Origin: an uncultured delta proteobacterium
Lineage (GTDB): Bacteria > Desulfobacterota > Binatia > UBA9968
Length of the DNA stretch: 64,000 nucleotides
NCBI GenBank assembly: GCA_963727625.1
Contig: CAVSHR010000004.1
Span: 928,001-992,000 of the forward strand
Direction: 5' to 3'
Shown here: positions 19,623 to 28,451 of the stretch, piece by piece
How the letters are laid out: every line of letters starts with the position of its first letter
Position numbering within the stretch: position 1 is the stretch's first letter
The notes under the pieces: model-generated
Seen by the model: the letters and a program-made list of their open reading frames with translations, nothing else
Database searches by the model: none
What the model was told of the DNA's origin: nothing
Made by a program: the position numbers and the translations under genes

Positions 19623-20393
19623 ATGATCGAAGGACTGAAAGATAAAATTGTCATTGTTACCGGCGGCGGCCACGGCATCGGCCGGGCCTATTGCCATGGA
19701 TTTGCCGAAGCCGGCGCAAAAGTCGTGGTTGCCGACATCGACGCGCCGGCTGCGGAAAAGGTCGCCGGCGAAGTCATTCAACAGTACGACGGCAAAGCGC
19801 TGGCCGCCAAAGTCGACGTTGCCAATGAACCATCGACCAAGGACATGGTCAAGCTCGTGCTCGACAAGTACGGCCGCATCGACGTCTTGATCAACAACGC
19901 CGCGATCTTCGCCACCATACCGATGAACCGTGGCGGCATCGATACCATCGACCCGGCGGAATGGGACCGTATGATGCTGGTTAATCTCAAGGGCTTGTTT
20001 TTCTGCTGCCGCGCCGTCCTGCCGACCATGCGCCAACAGAAGTCCGGGAAGATCATCAACATTTCTTCGGGAACCGTCATGAACGGCAGTGCCGGTCGCA
20101 TCCACTACGTGACCTCCAAAGCCGGCGTCATCGGCTTCACCCGTACGCTGGCGCGAGAAGTCGGCGATGACAACATCAACGTCAACGCCATCGCGCCGGG
20201 CTCGACATTGTCCGAGGACAATCCCAGCGAAGAAGTGCTCAAGATGCGCGGCGCGCGCGTCGGCGATCGCTGTTTGAAACGCGTTCAGCTGCCGAAGGAT
20301 TTGGTCGGCGCCATGCTGTTTCTCGCTTCACCGTTGAGCGATTTCATGACCGGCCAGACCGTCGCCGTGGACGGCGGCTCAGCGTTTCTTTAG
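19623..20393 (+). CDS. SDR family oxidoreductase
   Basis: TGGGHGIG, NNA, YVTSK. Confidence 0.93.
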   Translation: MIEGLKDKIVIVTGGGHGIGRAYCHGFAEAGAKVVVADIDAPAAEKVAGEVIQQYDGKALAAKVDVANEPSTKDMVKLVLDKYGRIDVLINNAAIFATIPMNRGGIDTIDPAEWDRMMLVNLKGLFFCCRAVLPTMRQQKSGKIINISSGTVMNGSAGRIHYVTSKAGVIGFTRTLAREVGDDNINVNAIAPGSTLSEDNPSEEVLKMRGARVGDRCLKRVQLPKDLVGAMLFLASPLSDFMTGQTVAVDGGSAFL

Positions 20394-20405
20394 AAATTAC
20401 CTTTC

Positions 20406-21227
20406 ATGGCTGCGTACCAGCGCCGAACGATCATTGCCGGCGATATTAAAACCCATTTTCTGGAGGCCGGCAGCGGGCCGGATCTCGTATTGCTGCACGG
20501 CGGCGAATACGGCGCCTCGGCGGAAATCACCTGGCGCTCCAACATCGAAGCCCTCGCCCAGCGCTTTCATGTCGTCGCTCCCGACCTGCTCGGCTGGGGG
20601 CAGACCGACAAGATCTACAGTTTTTCCGACCCGGCCGGTTTGCGGATCAAGCACCTGCAACGCTTTCTCGAAGCCTTGGCCATCGGCCCGGCCTACTTTG
20701 TAGGCAATTCGGCCGGCGGCGGCCTCGTTCTGCGCGCGAGCGTTCGTCAGCCGGCGCCGATACAAATAAAAAAAATGGTCACCATCTGCGGTAACGCCAG
20801 CGTGTTCAAGACCACTTCCCAAGCCGATCTAGAAAACTACACGCCTTCGCCGGAGAACATGAAGAAGATCGTGGCGTTGCTCTATCACGATGCCAAATGG
20901 CAGTCCGAGGAGCACATCCGCGAGCGTTATGAGGCCTCGATCATCCCGGGCGCTTGGGAAACCTTATCCGCCGCCCGTTTGCGCAGTCCGGTCCATCAAG
21001 CGCGCTCGACCACGGACGAATTCGTCAAACTGCTTTCGCGCCTACAGATTCCCCTGCTGATCATGTCCTGTGAACACGATCCGGCGAATCAACCGGATTG
21101 GGACGTTAACTTTCAGAAGATCGTGCCGGGCTCCAAGGTCCACCGCTTCAGGCGTTCCGCGCACGAGCCGCAGATCGAAGAGACCGACGAGTTCAATCGG
21201 GTATTGACCGAATTTTTGTTGAGTTGA
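20406..21227 (+). CDS. alpha/beta hydrolase (meta-cleavage product hydrolase-like)
   Basis: LLHGG, GNSAGG nucleophile elbow, AHEPQIE. Confidence 0.85.
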   Translation: MAAYQRRTIIAGDIKTHFLEAGSGPDLVLLHGGEYGASAEITWRSNIEALAQRFHVVAPDLLGWGQTDKIYSFSDPAGLRIKHLQRFLEALAIGPAYFVGNSAGGGLVLRASVRQPAPIQIKKMVTICGNASVFKTTSQADLENYTPSPENMKKIVALLYHDAKWQSEEHIRERYEASIIPGAWETLSAARLRSPVHQARSTTDEFVKLLSRLQIPLLIMSCEHDPANQPDWDVNFQKIVPGSKVHRFRRSAHEPQIEETDEFNRVLTEFLLS

Positions 21228-21249
21228 AATATTCTCCACAGGAGACCCT

Positions 21250-22254
21250 ATGACCGCGCCGCGCTTACGCTACAAGATTTCGATCTTCTCTTTCATTCTG
21301 AGTTTTATCGCCGGCGGCAACGCTGCGGCGCAATTGACCAAGCTCAAGACCTCCTACAGCGCGCTCACCGCCAACATGGGTGCCTACTGGTTGGCCAAGG
21401 ACACCAAGATCTTTGAAAAGTACGGACTGGATGTCGACGTCGTGCTGATCGAGAGCGGCACGATCACGATCCAGGCTTTGGTTGCCGGTGAAACCGATAT
21501 CGCCATGGGCGGCGGCACGGTCGCCGTGAGCAGCGCGCTGGGCGGCAGCGATCTAGTGTCGATCTCGAGCATCGAAAGCCGACTTCCCTACGGGTTGCTC
21601 GCGCAGAAAAACATCAAAACCATCGGCCAGCTGAAAGGCAAGAAACACGCGATTTCGCGTTTCGGCAGTGTGTCCGATCTCGGCTCGCGATTGATCCTGC
21701 AAAAATTTGGTCTGTTGCCGGAGAGAGATGTGACGCTGCTACAGATTGGCGGCACCAGCACGCGTCTCGCGGCTTTGAGCAAGGGCACCGTCGACTCGAC
21801 GATTTTGACCCCGGAGTTCTTTCTACTGGCGAAAAAAGCCGGCTTTACCATCCTGGTCGACCCGACCCAGTACCAGATCGATTTTCCCCAGCTCGAAGTC
21901 GTTACCACGCGCCGTTTATTGAATTCGCGGCGCGACGTCGCGATGCGCTATTTGCGGGCGATTCTCGAAGGCATTCACAACTACAAGAACGACCGAGAAG
22001 GCAGCATCCGAGCCCTCGGCAAATATCTCAGAATCAACGACCGCGAAGCCCTGGAAGAAGTATATAAAATCTATTACAAGATCTATCAGCCGATCCCCTA
22101 TCCTTCCGCCGCGGCGATCCAGACCCAGCTCACCTGGATGGCCGAGCGCGATGCGCGCGCGAAGGCCGCTAAACCGGAGCAATTCATCGACGGCTCGATT
22201 CTGCGCGAGATTGAAAAAAGCGGATTCGTGTCCCGCCTTTACCGGCAAAAATAG
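21250..22254 (+). CDS. ABC substrate-binding protein, NMT1/SsuA family
   Basis: FEKYGLDV, LKGKK.AISRFGSVSD, SGFVSRLY. Confidence 0.85.
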   Translation: MTAPRLRYKISIFSFILSFIAGGNAAAQLTKLKTSYSALTANMGAYWLAKDTKIFEKYGLDVDVVLIESGTITIQALVAGETDIAMGGGTVAVSSALGGSDLVSISSIESRLPYGLLAQKNIKTIGQLKGKKHAISRFGSVSDLGSRLILQKFGLLPERDVTLLQIGGTSTRLAALSKGTVDSTILTPEFFLLAKKAGFTILVDPTQYQIDFPQLEVVTTRRLLNSRRDVAMRYLRAILEGIHNYKNDREGSIRALGKYLRINDREALEEVYKIYYKIYQPIPYPSAAAIQTQLTWMAERDARAKAAKPEQFIDGSILREIEKSGFVSRLYRQK

Positions 22255-22262
22255 TCATTGAG

Positions 22263-23711
22263 TCAAGCCAGTTTTGGCTGGGCGACTGCTATCGGCGGCC
22301 GTTTTTTACCGAAGCCGGTCGCCTGCTCAAACGCGTGACCGATTTGCAGCACTCCCAGATCGTCGCGATAGCGCCCGACGATTTGAATGCCGATGGGCAA
22401 GCCGTCATCGGTAAATCCGGCGGGGACTGAGACCGCGGGACAAAACGTCGGCGTGATCCAATAGGCGCTCTTCATCCAATCGAGATAACTCGTCATCCGC
22501 ACACCGTCGATTTCACCCGGCCAGTGAAGACTTGCGTCGAAGGGCGGCACTTGATTGACGGCGCAAAGCAGAAATTCATATTTTTGCTGAAACAGGCGCA
22601 CGCGCTGCATCAACTCGCCGTGCCGCGCCATCGCATTGGCAATATCGCTGCCGCTGAATTTACTGCCTGATTCTATTTGCCAGACCGCTTCGGGTTTCAT
22701 TTCATGGCGGTGTTTGACCAGCAGTGGACCGAGCGTGTGCCAGTAGTTCCAAGCGCGAAGGGTACGAAATATTTCGTCGCTGCCGGTTAAATCCGGAGTA
22801 GCTTTTTCGACGATGCAGCCAAGATCTGAAAAGGTTTGTCGCCGCGCGTCCAGAACAGACCGCACACGGCGATCGAGCGGCAAATTGCCCAGATCAGGCG
22901 ACCAGGCGACGCGTACACCTTTAAAATCGCGACCCAAGGGTTGCGCGAACAGTGACCGATCACATGGATAAACCGCGGGGTCGCGAGTATCCGCACCCGC
23001 CATCGCGCTGAGCAGAAAAGCAACATCACCGACCGACCGCGCCATCGGCCCTTTGACCGTGAATCCCAAAAACGGCATCGCCGTCGGCGCGGCAGGCACC
23101 AGACCGACGGTCGGCCGCAGCGCCACAATGTTGTTAAAGTTGGCGGGATTGCGCAGCGAGCCGCCAAGGTCGCTGCCGCTCGCCAAGGGCAACAGCCCCG
23201 CAGCCAGCGCCGCGCCGGCGCCGCCGCTCGAGCCCCCGGCGGTTTTGCTTAAGTCGTACGGATTGAGCGTCGTGCCGTAAACCTCGTTGTAGGTATGCGA
23301 GCCCATACCGAACTCGGATACGTTCGTTTTGCCGATAGCGATGACGCCCCTCTTGCGCAGGCGCTCAACCAACACCGAATCTTCGCTCGGCATGAAATGT
23401 TTGAAGATCGCCGAGCCGCGCGTCATCGGGAAACCGACAGCGGCGTCCAGATCTTTGAAGGCAAACGGCAGGCCGTGGAGCGGTCCAACATCCTCGCCTC
23501 GCGCGCACTGACGATCGGCCTCGTCCGCGAGAGCGAGACATCTTTCGTCGTCCAATTTGGCGACGATGGCGTTGATCTTGGGATTGACCCGCTCTATTTG
23601 ATTCAGAAACGCGCTCATGATTTCGCGCGCCGAGAGTTTGCCGGTCCGGAGGAGCGTCGCGAGATCGCGCGCGGCCATGAAGCAGATTTCGAAGTCAGCG
23701 CCGGTAGTCAT
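22263..23711 (-). CDS. amidase (amidase signature family)
   Basis: GPLHGLPFAFKD, GGSSGG, GSDLGGSLRNPA. Confidence 0.93.
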   Translation of the reverse strand: MTTGADFEICFMAARDLATLLRTGKLSAREIMSAFLNQIERVNPKINAIVAKLDDERCLALADEADRQCARGEDVGPLHGLPFAFKDLDAAVGFPMTRGSAIFKHFMPSEDSVLVERLRKRGVIAIGKTNVSEFGMGSHTYNEVYGTTLNPYDLSKTAGGSSGGAGAALAAGLLPLASGSDLGGSLRNPANFNNIVALRPTVGLVPAAPTAMPFLGFTVKGPMARSVGDVAFLLSAMAGADTRDPAVYPCDRSLFAQPLGRDFKGVRVAWSPDLGNLPLDRRVRSVLDARRQTFSDLGCIVEKATPDLTGSDEIFRTLRAWNYWHTLGPLLVKHRHEMKPEAVWQIESGSKFSGSDIANAMARHGELMQRVRLFQQKYEFLLCAVNQVPPFDASLHWPGEIDGVRMTSYLDWMKSAYWITPTFCPAVSVPAGFTDDGLPIGIQIVGRYRDDLGVLQIGHAFEQATGFGKKRPPIAVAQPKLA

Positions 23712-23882
23712 CTTGGAGTTCGAGACGAATTGGAAAGTCTCGGCATCGGGCCGAGCAGTGCACGAGTCTCAGTCAAGCGAATAAGATCCATTCACTGAGA
23801 ATCGGCTTGTGGGATTGATGTCATTTCGAACCCAGGAGAATTCCTTCTGTAATAGCGCCAAGTGGAAACACTTCGAGCGAAT

Positions 23883-24428
23883 CTATATCCCCGGCGTCCT
23901 CACTCCGACGGGCGGTCGAGCAACGTTCTTCGATATTTCGTCGACGTCCCACAACCGGGAGAACTTGAGCGCGCGCGGGCAGTGGCTGTAAGACTCTTCA
24001 ACGTTAAGCAATAATCCTTGAAGCACTTCCGCTTTTTCGTCCGGATCGAAGACTTCGAGTTTGGTGCCGTTCAATTCCGATCGATCAAGGACCTGAACTC
24101 GCCCGTTGATCCGCACCGTGGAATTGTGTCCGGGAATAAAAAATATCAATCCGACCTTGGGATTGCTTTCGACGTTGCCGTAACCGTGAAACAGCTTGTT
24201 GCCGGCGACGTCCGGGATGAATAACTGCTTGTCGTTGAGAATTTTCACGAAACCCGGCGTCCCTCCCTTGGGCGAGGCGTCGCAATCACCGTTTGCGTTG
24301 CTCGTCGCCATCACGCAGAAGGGCGAATGGCGGATAAAATCTTGGATCCACCCGGCCATGTATGCGCGCACTTTGCCTTTTGTCCGTTCCACCGGATATC
24401 CGAATTTGTCCTGATACTTGGTGTTCAT
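23883..24428 (-). CDS. pyridoxamine 5'-phosphate oxidase-like FMN-binding protein (MSMEG_1061 type)
   Basis: DASPKGG.PGFV, IPD..GNK, N...NPKVGL.F, HCPRA. Confidence 0.85.
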   Translation of the reverse strand: MNTKYQDKFGYPVERTKGKVRAYMAGWIQDFIRHSPFCVMATSNANGDCDASPKGGTPGFVKILNDKQLFIPDVAGNKLFHGYGNVESNPKVGLIFFIPGHNSTVRINGRVQVLDRSELNGTKLEVFDPDEKAEVLQGLLLNVEESYSHCPRALKFSRLWDVDEISKNVARPPVGVRTPGI

Positions 24429-24463
24429 ACTCTCTCCTTTTTATCCGCGGCCGAGCTTTGAAC

Positions 24464-25168
24464 TCAACGTCTTTTGCTTATCTCCGAAAGCAGTTCAAGC
24501 TGGATCTCCTGGATCTGCGTCAATCTTTCCCACTGATGAGATATCAAATGATCGACTTTCTCGTGCAGGTGTCGAATCTCCAGCTCGGCTTTTAGGTTTA
24601 CCTGATAATCATGTTGCGACCGCAGCCGGTCTTTGGTCTCCTGGCGATTCTGGCTCATCATGATCACCGGCGCCTGGATCGCCGCGATGCAGGAGAGAAT
24701 CAAGTTCAACAAGATATAGGGATAGGGATCGGGCGGGCGGGCATACAATACGAATGAATTAGACCCGATCCAAAGCACTAAGAACACACCGAAGCAGATG
24801 AGGAAAATCCAGCTGCCGCCGAACGTCGCGATCCGATCTGCCAGGCGCTCGCCGAAACTCCACACCTGTTCGAACTCTGTATCGACGTCTTTGGCCAGCG
24901 TCTCGTGCTCACGAAGGCTGTGTAAGACTTCTTGCTCGAGCGAGCTCAACTCGCCCTTCTCGGACTCAAGCAATCGATGAACATATTGCGACCGGTGGCG
25001 GTTGAGGTCGGTCCGGCATATCCACTTGTCCTGCGACCAGTCCGGGTGCTCACGCAAGATCTCCTCGGCAATCACGTCGCGCACGGCGATCCCGGGTATC
25101 AGCTCCCGCGGCGCAAAGCTCTTGGCGCAGATTGCGCAGTTTTTGGTTTCTTTAGCGGCGGTGACCAT
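24464..25168 (-). CDS. DUF1003 membrane protein with N-terminal Cys motif
   Basis: GERLADRIA.FGGSW.F, DPYPYILLNL.LS, IMMSQNRQ, NLKAELEI. Confidence 0.9.
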   Translation of the reverse strand: MVTAAKETKNCAICAKSFAPRELIPGIAVRDVIAEEILREHPDWSQDKWICRTDLNRHRSQYVHRLLESEKGELSSLEQEVLHSLREHETLAKDVDTEFEQVWSFGERLADRIATFGGSWIFLICFGVFLVLWIGSNSFVLYARPPDPYPYILLNLILSCIAAIQAPVIMMSQNRQETKDRLRSQHDYQVNLKAELEIRHLHEKVDHLISHQWERLTQIQEIQLELLSEISKRR

Positions 25169-25205
25169 GGCGCCATTGCAACTTTGGCAGAGCCAATAAT
25201 GATCG

Positions 25206-25760
25206 CTAGTTGTTTTCCAAAAAGGTCAGCCGCTCCGCCATCGGCGTTTCCGGAAAGATATAGCCGCAAGCCCGGCAGGTTCGCAGTTTCGGATCGGCGT
25301 TGAATTCGGCATAGACGGCGGAGACCTGCGAAGGGATGTTGCCTTGATTGACGATTCGCGACAACACCAGCTCATCGCATTTTTCACAGAACCAGGCGAA
25401 TTCTTCTTTTTCTTCCTGCCGGCGCTTGCGCTCGATCACCAGGCCCCAGGTGTTTTCGAAGCGGCGCGGCGAGTGCGGCAAGCCGCCCGGACAAACCAAG
25501 ATTTCCCCTTCTTTAATCCACGCCGACTGCCGGCGCTCCCCGTCCGGTTTGAGCACCAATTCCATCTGCCCTTCGACCTGATAGAAAAACTCATCTCCCG
25601 GCTCGATATGAAAATCCAGCCGAGTATTCGGCCCGCGCAGCATCATGACAAGAAAGTCTTTGTGATGAACCATGAGCTTGTTGGTGCGAAACGGCGGGTT
25701 GAACAGATGCGCGTTCTCTTTAACCCAATTCCTCAAATGGACTGTGGATAGTAATTCCAT
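25206..25760 (-). CDS. 3-hydroxyanthranilate 3,4-dioxygenase-like cupin (NbaC/HAO family)
   Basis: GPN.R.DFH...GDEFFYQ, PHSP.R, GLVIER, rubredoxin-like CEKC/CRAC. Confidence 0.82.
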   Translation of the reverse strand: MELLSTVHLRNWVKENAHLFNPPFRTNKLMVHHKDFLVMMLRGPNTRLDFHIEPGDEFFYQVEGQMELVLKPDGERRQSAWIKEGEILVCPGGLPHSPRRFENTWGLVIERKRRQEEKEEFAWFCEKCDELVLSRIVNQGNIPSQVSAVYAEFNADPKLRTCRACGYIFPETPMAERLTFLENN

Positions 25761-25770
25761 GGAAATCCTT

Positions 25771-25807
25771 TTGGAGTGATGCAGTAGTGGAGTGTTGAAG
25801 TAATGGG
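25771..25807. repeat. left arm: four GGAGTNNT-like octamers
   Basis: tt ggagtgat gcagtagt ggagtgtt gaagtaat ggg. Confidence 0.8.
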
Positions 25808-25828
25808 TCTCGGAACCTACCCACCCCG

Positions 25829-26260
25829 CTACCCATACGTTTCATTACTCTCCTTGACGATTAAGTTATCGATCCAGTCTCCATCCAGTTTTTTTCTTTC
25901 AAGGCTTTCAACTAACTTTAGCAAACCGTTCTCTAGTTTATAGGCCAGTTGATCGAGCACCGAAAAGTCTTTATCGCTAATCTGCCCTGCAGTCCGATAT
26001 GCGTGCAAACCTGAAACGCTCTCGCCCAGTGATCCTAAGGCAATGTTGAGGAAATTCAGATACTCTCGGATCGATCGACGACAATACCCTTCAGCAATTT
26101 TCCGGTGTACCGAATCGCTGGCCGCGATTGCCTGCGATCCGATCCGTTTCAACTCATAAGGCAGTTTTCCGAACACGTGACTGGACAGGCGATAGAATTC
26201 TATGGCATCCTGTCAAATCCGGAGTTGCTGATAGCCACAATTTTTGTTCTTCAGCGCCTC
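25829..26260 (-). pseudogene. four-helix-bundle protein (TIGR02436/23S rRNA IVS protein/Avd-like) with in-frame TGA at 26213-26215
   Basis: frame reads ALKNKNCGYQQLRI*QDAIEFY...SDSVHRKIAEGYCRRS..EYLNFL.IALGSLGE; the family L.VWQ Trp is replaced by TGA. Confidence 0.8.
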
Positions 26261-26288
26261 AAAACTCCATCAGTCCAGTTTTCTCTTG

Positions 26289-26325
26289 CCCAACACTCCA
26301 GTACTCCAATACTCCATCACTCCAA
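26289..26325. repeat. right arm: four inverted octamers complementary to 25771-25807
   Basis: cc caacactc cagtactc caatactc catcactc caa. Confidence 0.85.
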
Positions 26326-27099
26326 CTACTTTGCCTTCCCTGCTTCCCTTGCCACCCCGTCGGTCAATGCCCACCAGATCGACAGGCCTTTGCGCAGCGC
26401 CTTGAGCACGCGGACTTGTAGTTCATGGGTCGTTGCAAGCTGTTCGACCAGCTCGTAGCCGATGTTGCTATGCTCGGTGTCGGCCTCGCCATGCTCGGCG
26501 AAGAATTCTATGTCGTGAGGCTTGAGTCCGTAATTATCCCGAAACGTCCGGAAAAACTTTCCGCCGGTCAACTGGTTGGAGAATTCGTTGCAGCAGTTGG
26601 TCGACGCCAGCTGTTCGAGAATGTGGTTGCTTCTCAGCGCGATGTCGAGCCAGCCGACGCGGGCCAAAACCGTCGTTGGCAAAAAATCTTCCTCGGTTTC
26701 GCAACGCTCCATTTCCTTGGCTGGGATACCGATGCTCTCGCCGAAGCGCAGGAACAACGCCCTGTGGCCCAATACTTTTCGCGGTGACCCTTCGAAGTAG
26801 CTGTAACCGACTTCCGAATGAATGACATCGACGAACTTCTTGTGGATCTCCGGATCGTGGATGCCGGACAACTGGCAGCGCACCAGCTTGGCGGTGTTGA
26901 TCGCCACGTTGTAAGCGAAGATACCCCAGGCTTCCTTGGCCCAAATCTTCACAGCCTCCAACGGCAGCTTGCCTTGGTAAAGATCCAAGTAGAACGGATG
27001 GTGCAAACGGGCATGACCGTTTTTCACCTCGTTGACCAAGACTTCACAGAATTCTTGAGTCGCTAGAGTCTTTCCTCTCAGTACCGCTTCAGCAGACAT
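26326..27099 (-). CDS. heme-oxygenase-like diiron protein (TenA/PqqC/CADD family)
   Basis: HHPFY..L..G.L, E...H, E and FF.EH...D.EH ligand pattern. Confidence 0.8.
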   Translation of the reverse strand: MSAEAVLRGKTLATQEFCEVLVNEVKNGHARLHHPFYLDLYQGKLPLEAVKIWAKEAWGIFAYNVAINTAKLVRCQLSGIHDPEIHKKFVDVIHSEVGYSYFEGSPRKVLGHRALFLRFGESIGIPAKEMERCETEEDFLPTTVLARVGWLDIALRSNHILEQLASTNCCNEFSNQLTGGKFFRTFRDNYGLKPHDIEFFAEHGEADTEHSNIGYELVEQLATTHELQVRVLKALRKGLSIWWALTDGVAREAGKAK

Positions 27100-27129
27100 A
27101 TTTGCACCTCTTCGAGTCGTTGCGTTGCT

Positions 27130-27567
27130 TTACGGCTGCGGCCGTCTTCGATTGTCAAACTTGAACTTGTTGGCATTGCAGGCGATCTCGACCCGGTTGC
27201 CGTCGGGGTCGAGAAAACTGATCGAACGGTTACCCGCCACGATCAAGGTCTCCGGCCCACTGACAATCGGAATTTTTCGCCGCTTCAACACCGGATAGAT
27301 CTTGTCGATGACCTCGTTCGAATCGACATAGATACAGAAGTGATGCAGCTTCGGCGCGCCCTTGCCCGAGACATGCCGCACGGCCTTCGGCAGCGCCTGA
27401 AGAGCGATATCGTGATGTTCCCTTCCGTAACTCAAGAATGTCATCTTGGTCTTTAGGTTCCGCGCCGAAACCTTCAACCCGAGAATATCCCGGTAAAACC
27501 TCTCCGACTTCTTTAGATCGGCGACATTGAGGACAATGTGACCGAGCACTCCGTTGCGAATGTTCAT
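27130..27567 (-). CDS. VOC/glyoxalase family protein
   Basis: LGHIVLNV.DL..SERFYRDILG, HHDIAL, LHHF, DPDGNRVE. Confidence 0.88.
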   Translation of the reverse strand: MNIRNGVLGHIVLNVADLKKSERFYRDILGLKVSARNLKTKMTFLSYGREHHDIALQALPKAVRHVSGKGAPKLHHFCIYVDSNEVIDKIYPVLKRRKIPIVSGPETLIVAGNRSISFLDPDGNRVEIACNANKFKFDNRRRPQP

Positions 27568-27699
27568 AAACGGCCCTAATAGATAACGGCGCCCGGATTC
27601 TGTCAAGCAGCCGCGTGTCCGATCGAATGATTCATTTGACAATGCTTTCGCGAATACGAGATATTCCGCGCTGGTGCAAAGACTATCGAGGAGTTGCGC

Positions 27700-28407
27700 A
27701 TGAAAATTATGGTGGTCATGGGCGAATACCCGCCCGAGGAAGGCGAACGGCGCCGTAAAGCGGTGCTCAAATGCGCGTCGCCGGGCACAGAGATCGGCTT
27801 CGGCGTCATCAAGGCGACTTTTTTTAAGCGCTCCAACTCTCAGGTCAATTCTCTTTCCGCCGGGCCGTTGGTCGCCGAAATTGCGCTCAAAGCGGAAGCC
27901 CATGGCTACGACGCGGTGGTGCCCTTCGGCACTCTCGATGCCGGCGTCGAGCTATCGCGCAACCTGGTGCGCATCCCCGTCGTGGGTGCGGGCCAATCGG
28001 TACTGCACCTCGGCGCCCAACTCAGCAACCGACTCGGAGTAATCGCTTACGAGGAAAAAAGCATTCCGTTCATGCGCAAGCAGATGCACGCCTGGCGCGT
28101 CGCTGACTCGGTGATCGGCATCCGCGGCGTACAGATTCCGCTCCCGGAAAGCACCAAGCACCGCGATGCCATGCGGGCTCGCTTCATCGAAGTAGCCCGC
28201 GAGTTAATCGACAAGTACGACGCCGAAATCATCGTGCCCATGGGCGTCACCATGGTGCCGGTGCAATATCCACCGGCCGAATTCGAAAAAGAGTTGGGCG
28301 TGCCAGTGATGGACGCGCTCAAGACCAGCATTCAAACCGCCGAGATGCTGGTGCGTATGGGTTTAACCCACAGCACCCGTACCTATCCGCGCCCGCCCGC
28401 AGCATAG
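27700..28407 (+). CDS. Asp/Glu/hydantoin (allantoin) racemase family protein
   Basis: GYDAVV, IPVVGAG, GVPVMD, C-terminal S..TYP.P; canonical catalytic Cys positions not conserved. Confidence 0.75.
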   Translation: MKIMVVMGEYPPEEGERRRKAVLKCASPGTEIGFGVIKATFFKRSNSQVNSLSAGPLVAEIALKAEAHGYDAVVPFGTLDAGVELSRNLVRIPVVGAGQSVLHLGAQLSNRLGVIAYEEKSIPFMRKQMHAWRVADSVIGIRGVQIPLPESTKHRDAMRARFIEVARELIDKYDAEIIVPMGVTMVPVQYPPAEFEKELGVPVMDALKTSIQTAEMLVRMGLTHSTRTYPRPPAA

Positions 28408-28434
28408 TGCTGAGTTATGAGTGCTGAGGGCTGA
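28407..28434. repeat. four tandem 7-mers (GTGCTGA-like)
   Basis: gtgctga gttatga gtgctga gggctga. Confidence 0.65.
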
Positions 28435-28451
28435 TTTTTGGAAGACAAGGA

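Noticed and set aside
25771-26325. Diversity-generating retroelement (because of the Avd-like gene)
   Set aside because: No reverse transcriptase and no adenine-mismatched TR/VR pair seen in the window
27568-27903. N-terminal extension of the VOC ORF (257 aa in the track)
   Set aside because: Overlaps the divergent racemase gene; the VOC domain starts at Met 27567
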